64,000 bases of DNA, taken from contig NC_043002.1 of assembly GCF_006345805.1 (NCBI RefSeq), forward strand, positions 42,470,001 to 42,534,000. The letters are read 5' to 3'. Of this stretch, positions 62,490 through 64,000 are shown in pieces. A model generated the notes under the pieces. That model searched no databases, was not told where the DNA came from, and was given only the letters and a program-made list of their open reading frames with translations. Both the position numbers and the translations under genes were made by a program. Origin of the DNA: Octopus sinensis (lineage: Eukaryota). How positions within the stretch are numbered: the stretch's first letter is position 1; each line of letters starts with the position of its first letter.

Positions 62490-62625
62490 GGTATTGGCGC
62501 AATTTGTCTTTGGGTCTATCGCGCGCCAATATGCAACCCAACCAATCGCAGCCTTCAAATAAGGTCACGTGTGACAGCGTGCTTTTCTACCTCAACTGAG
62601 CCTATAACTCCTTATAAAAAAAAAC
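62490..62625. promoter_or_regulatory. Promoter-like motif cluster: three CCAAT/ATTGG boxes, E2F-like GCGCCAA pair, E-box GTCACGTG, TATAAAA
   Basis: ATTGG at 62493, CCAAT at 62526 and 62542, CACGTG at 62566 and TATAAAA at 62613, in CpG-rich context. No transcript evidence. Confidence 0.35.
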
Positions 62626-62933
62626 ATAACTTTTCCTCGTCTCGATGTCTTTGGTTTCAGACCTTTTAAGGTCTAACCACTGACCACACAAGACACCGCC
62701 AGTTCAAGCGACAACACAACAGCAGCCACATGGAGACTCGTCAACTTCGTCCAACAGCATTCAGCGACCTCCATCTCTGTCGCCACCATTTGTCCTAACG
62801 TCAACATCTCTCTACGTACTCGCCCAGGTTATAACACTGCGCTGTTCGTGAATTACTTCACCATGGATCAACAGCGAATATACAACCTGCAAGAACTCCT
62901 TGCTAGTACCAGATATCATACCAAACAATAAAC

Positions 62934-62939
<6 letters not shown>

Positions 62940-62978
<39 letters not shown>

Positions 62979-62994
62979 ATATATATAGATAGAT

Positions 62995-63032
<38 letters not shown>
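62940..63032. repeat. (TA)n(GA)n microsatellite
   Basis: Direct reading. Confidence 0.9.
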
Positions 63033-63037
<5 letters not shown>

Positions 63038-63063
63038 CAGTAGAATTATAGTTTAGCATCAGT

Positions 63064-63570
63064 TCAGTTCTTTGTAGATCTAAAATCAAAGACGTTCCAC
63101 CCACGATCACCCTGCTCTTCCCATAGGGCTTTCATATCTTGGAATATATTATCTAATGTACCCTCACTTTTTTCTTGAAAACTCCCTAATTGGTTCATGT
63201 CTATCAATAAAGTTGCCGTTGTTTCTATTTAGCCAAAACTGAGCTGTATGTTTAGCGGCGTTTCTGCTGTATCCCTCTTGCCTTTTTGCATATCTGAAAC
63301 TATATTGTCCTGCGCCTCCTCATTTTTTCTTTAAGATGGTAAGCTGTTGTTAGAGGGAATTTTTGCTGCTATTTTTAGTAAATGGAGTGACGGTGTATAG
63401 GTCCCATCGTTGGCTCGTGAGGTTGTCTGTAACTCAAAATTGCGTCTAAGTTGACTTCGATTTTGCCACACAATCGAGATCAATAGTACGAATACTATAC
63501 TGAAGACAGTCTTAGCAATATTATAGACCCTCAGCGAAAGTGATGCATGGAGTTTTGTGTACACAACCAT
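63064..63570 (-). pseudogene. Possible interrupted coding remnant with an N-terminal hydrophobic segment (type II membrane protein-like)
   Basis: One 169-codon frame from ATG 63570, broken only by two TAA codons. Hydrophobic stretch TVFSIVFVLLISIVW. No family recognised. Confidence 0.22.
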
Positions 63571-64000
63571 GGCATACTATATAGATTAACACTGAGCCCT
63601 TGGACCTGCCGGTGCTAGGATAGTATGCAGTCTACCACGGTGTCAAAGAGTATAGTCAGGGCTATCTACCTTATCTTTCAGATATTTCAGAGATTAAATA
63701 TCTTCAGATATTTCAGAGATAAAACACTTCGTACATTGTAAAGGAATTACACAAATAAGAAATATTGAATCTTATATTATTTTATATGATAAAGAAATTA
63801 CACAGATAAATCAAGACAATCTATTTTAACGGTAAACACTTATTATGTCATTAAGGAACAATAGAAATAAATCATCTGAATTTTTCCTCGTCGTCTTCCA
63901 GTAGAAATGATCAAGATGTGACTGGAAAAGTTCAGTACCAACGCCTCTCATTTTTCTCAGAATCATAGTTTTAGCATCTAACCATGATCGCTCAATGGCC

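Overview
AT-rich, microsatellite- and retroelement-dense eukaryotic genomic DNA. The SINE/RTE repertoire looks cephalopod, most likely Octopus (inferred by recognition, not searched). One multi-exon + strand gene can be reconstructed: six GT-AG-flanked coding exons with consistent phases (3474-4636, 31395-31443, 32854-33086, 34131-34276, 35510-35661, 39094-41063), encoding at least 1,237 aa. The first exon was not identified. The protein has an unusual architecture: an acidic N-terminus with tandem SUMO-interacting-motif-like segments, an RBR/RNF216-type RING1 without IBR-RING2, and a PARP7/11/12-like (H-Y-I) ADP-ribosyltransferase domain. That catalytic domain is split by an in-frame ~570-aa Gln/Pro/His-rich insert carrying a triplicated 24-25-aa motif. 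The rest of the window is introns and intergenic DNA. It contains decayed LINEs (RTE, CR1, an RLE/HERO-like element), tRNA-derived SINEs, piggyBac-type MITEs, a Helitron-like element, minisatellites inside RTE 3' ends, local inverted duplications, and a CpG-richer zone with promoter-like motifs from ~59 kb onward. No CRISPR, rRNA or intact tRNA genes were seen.
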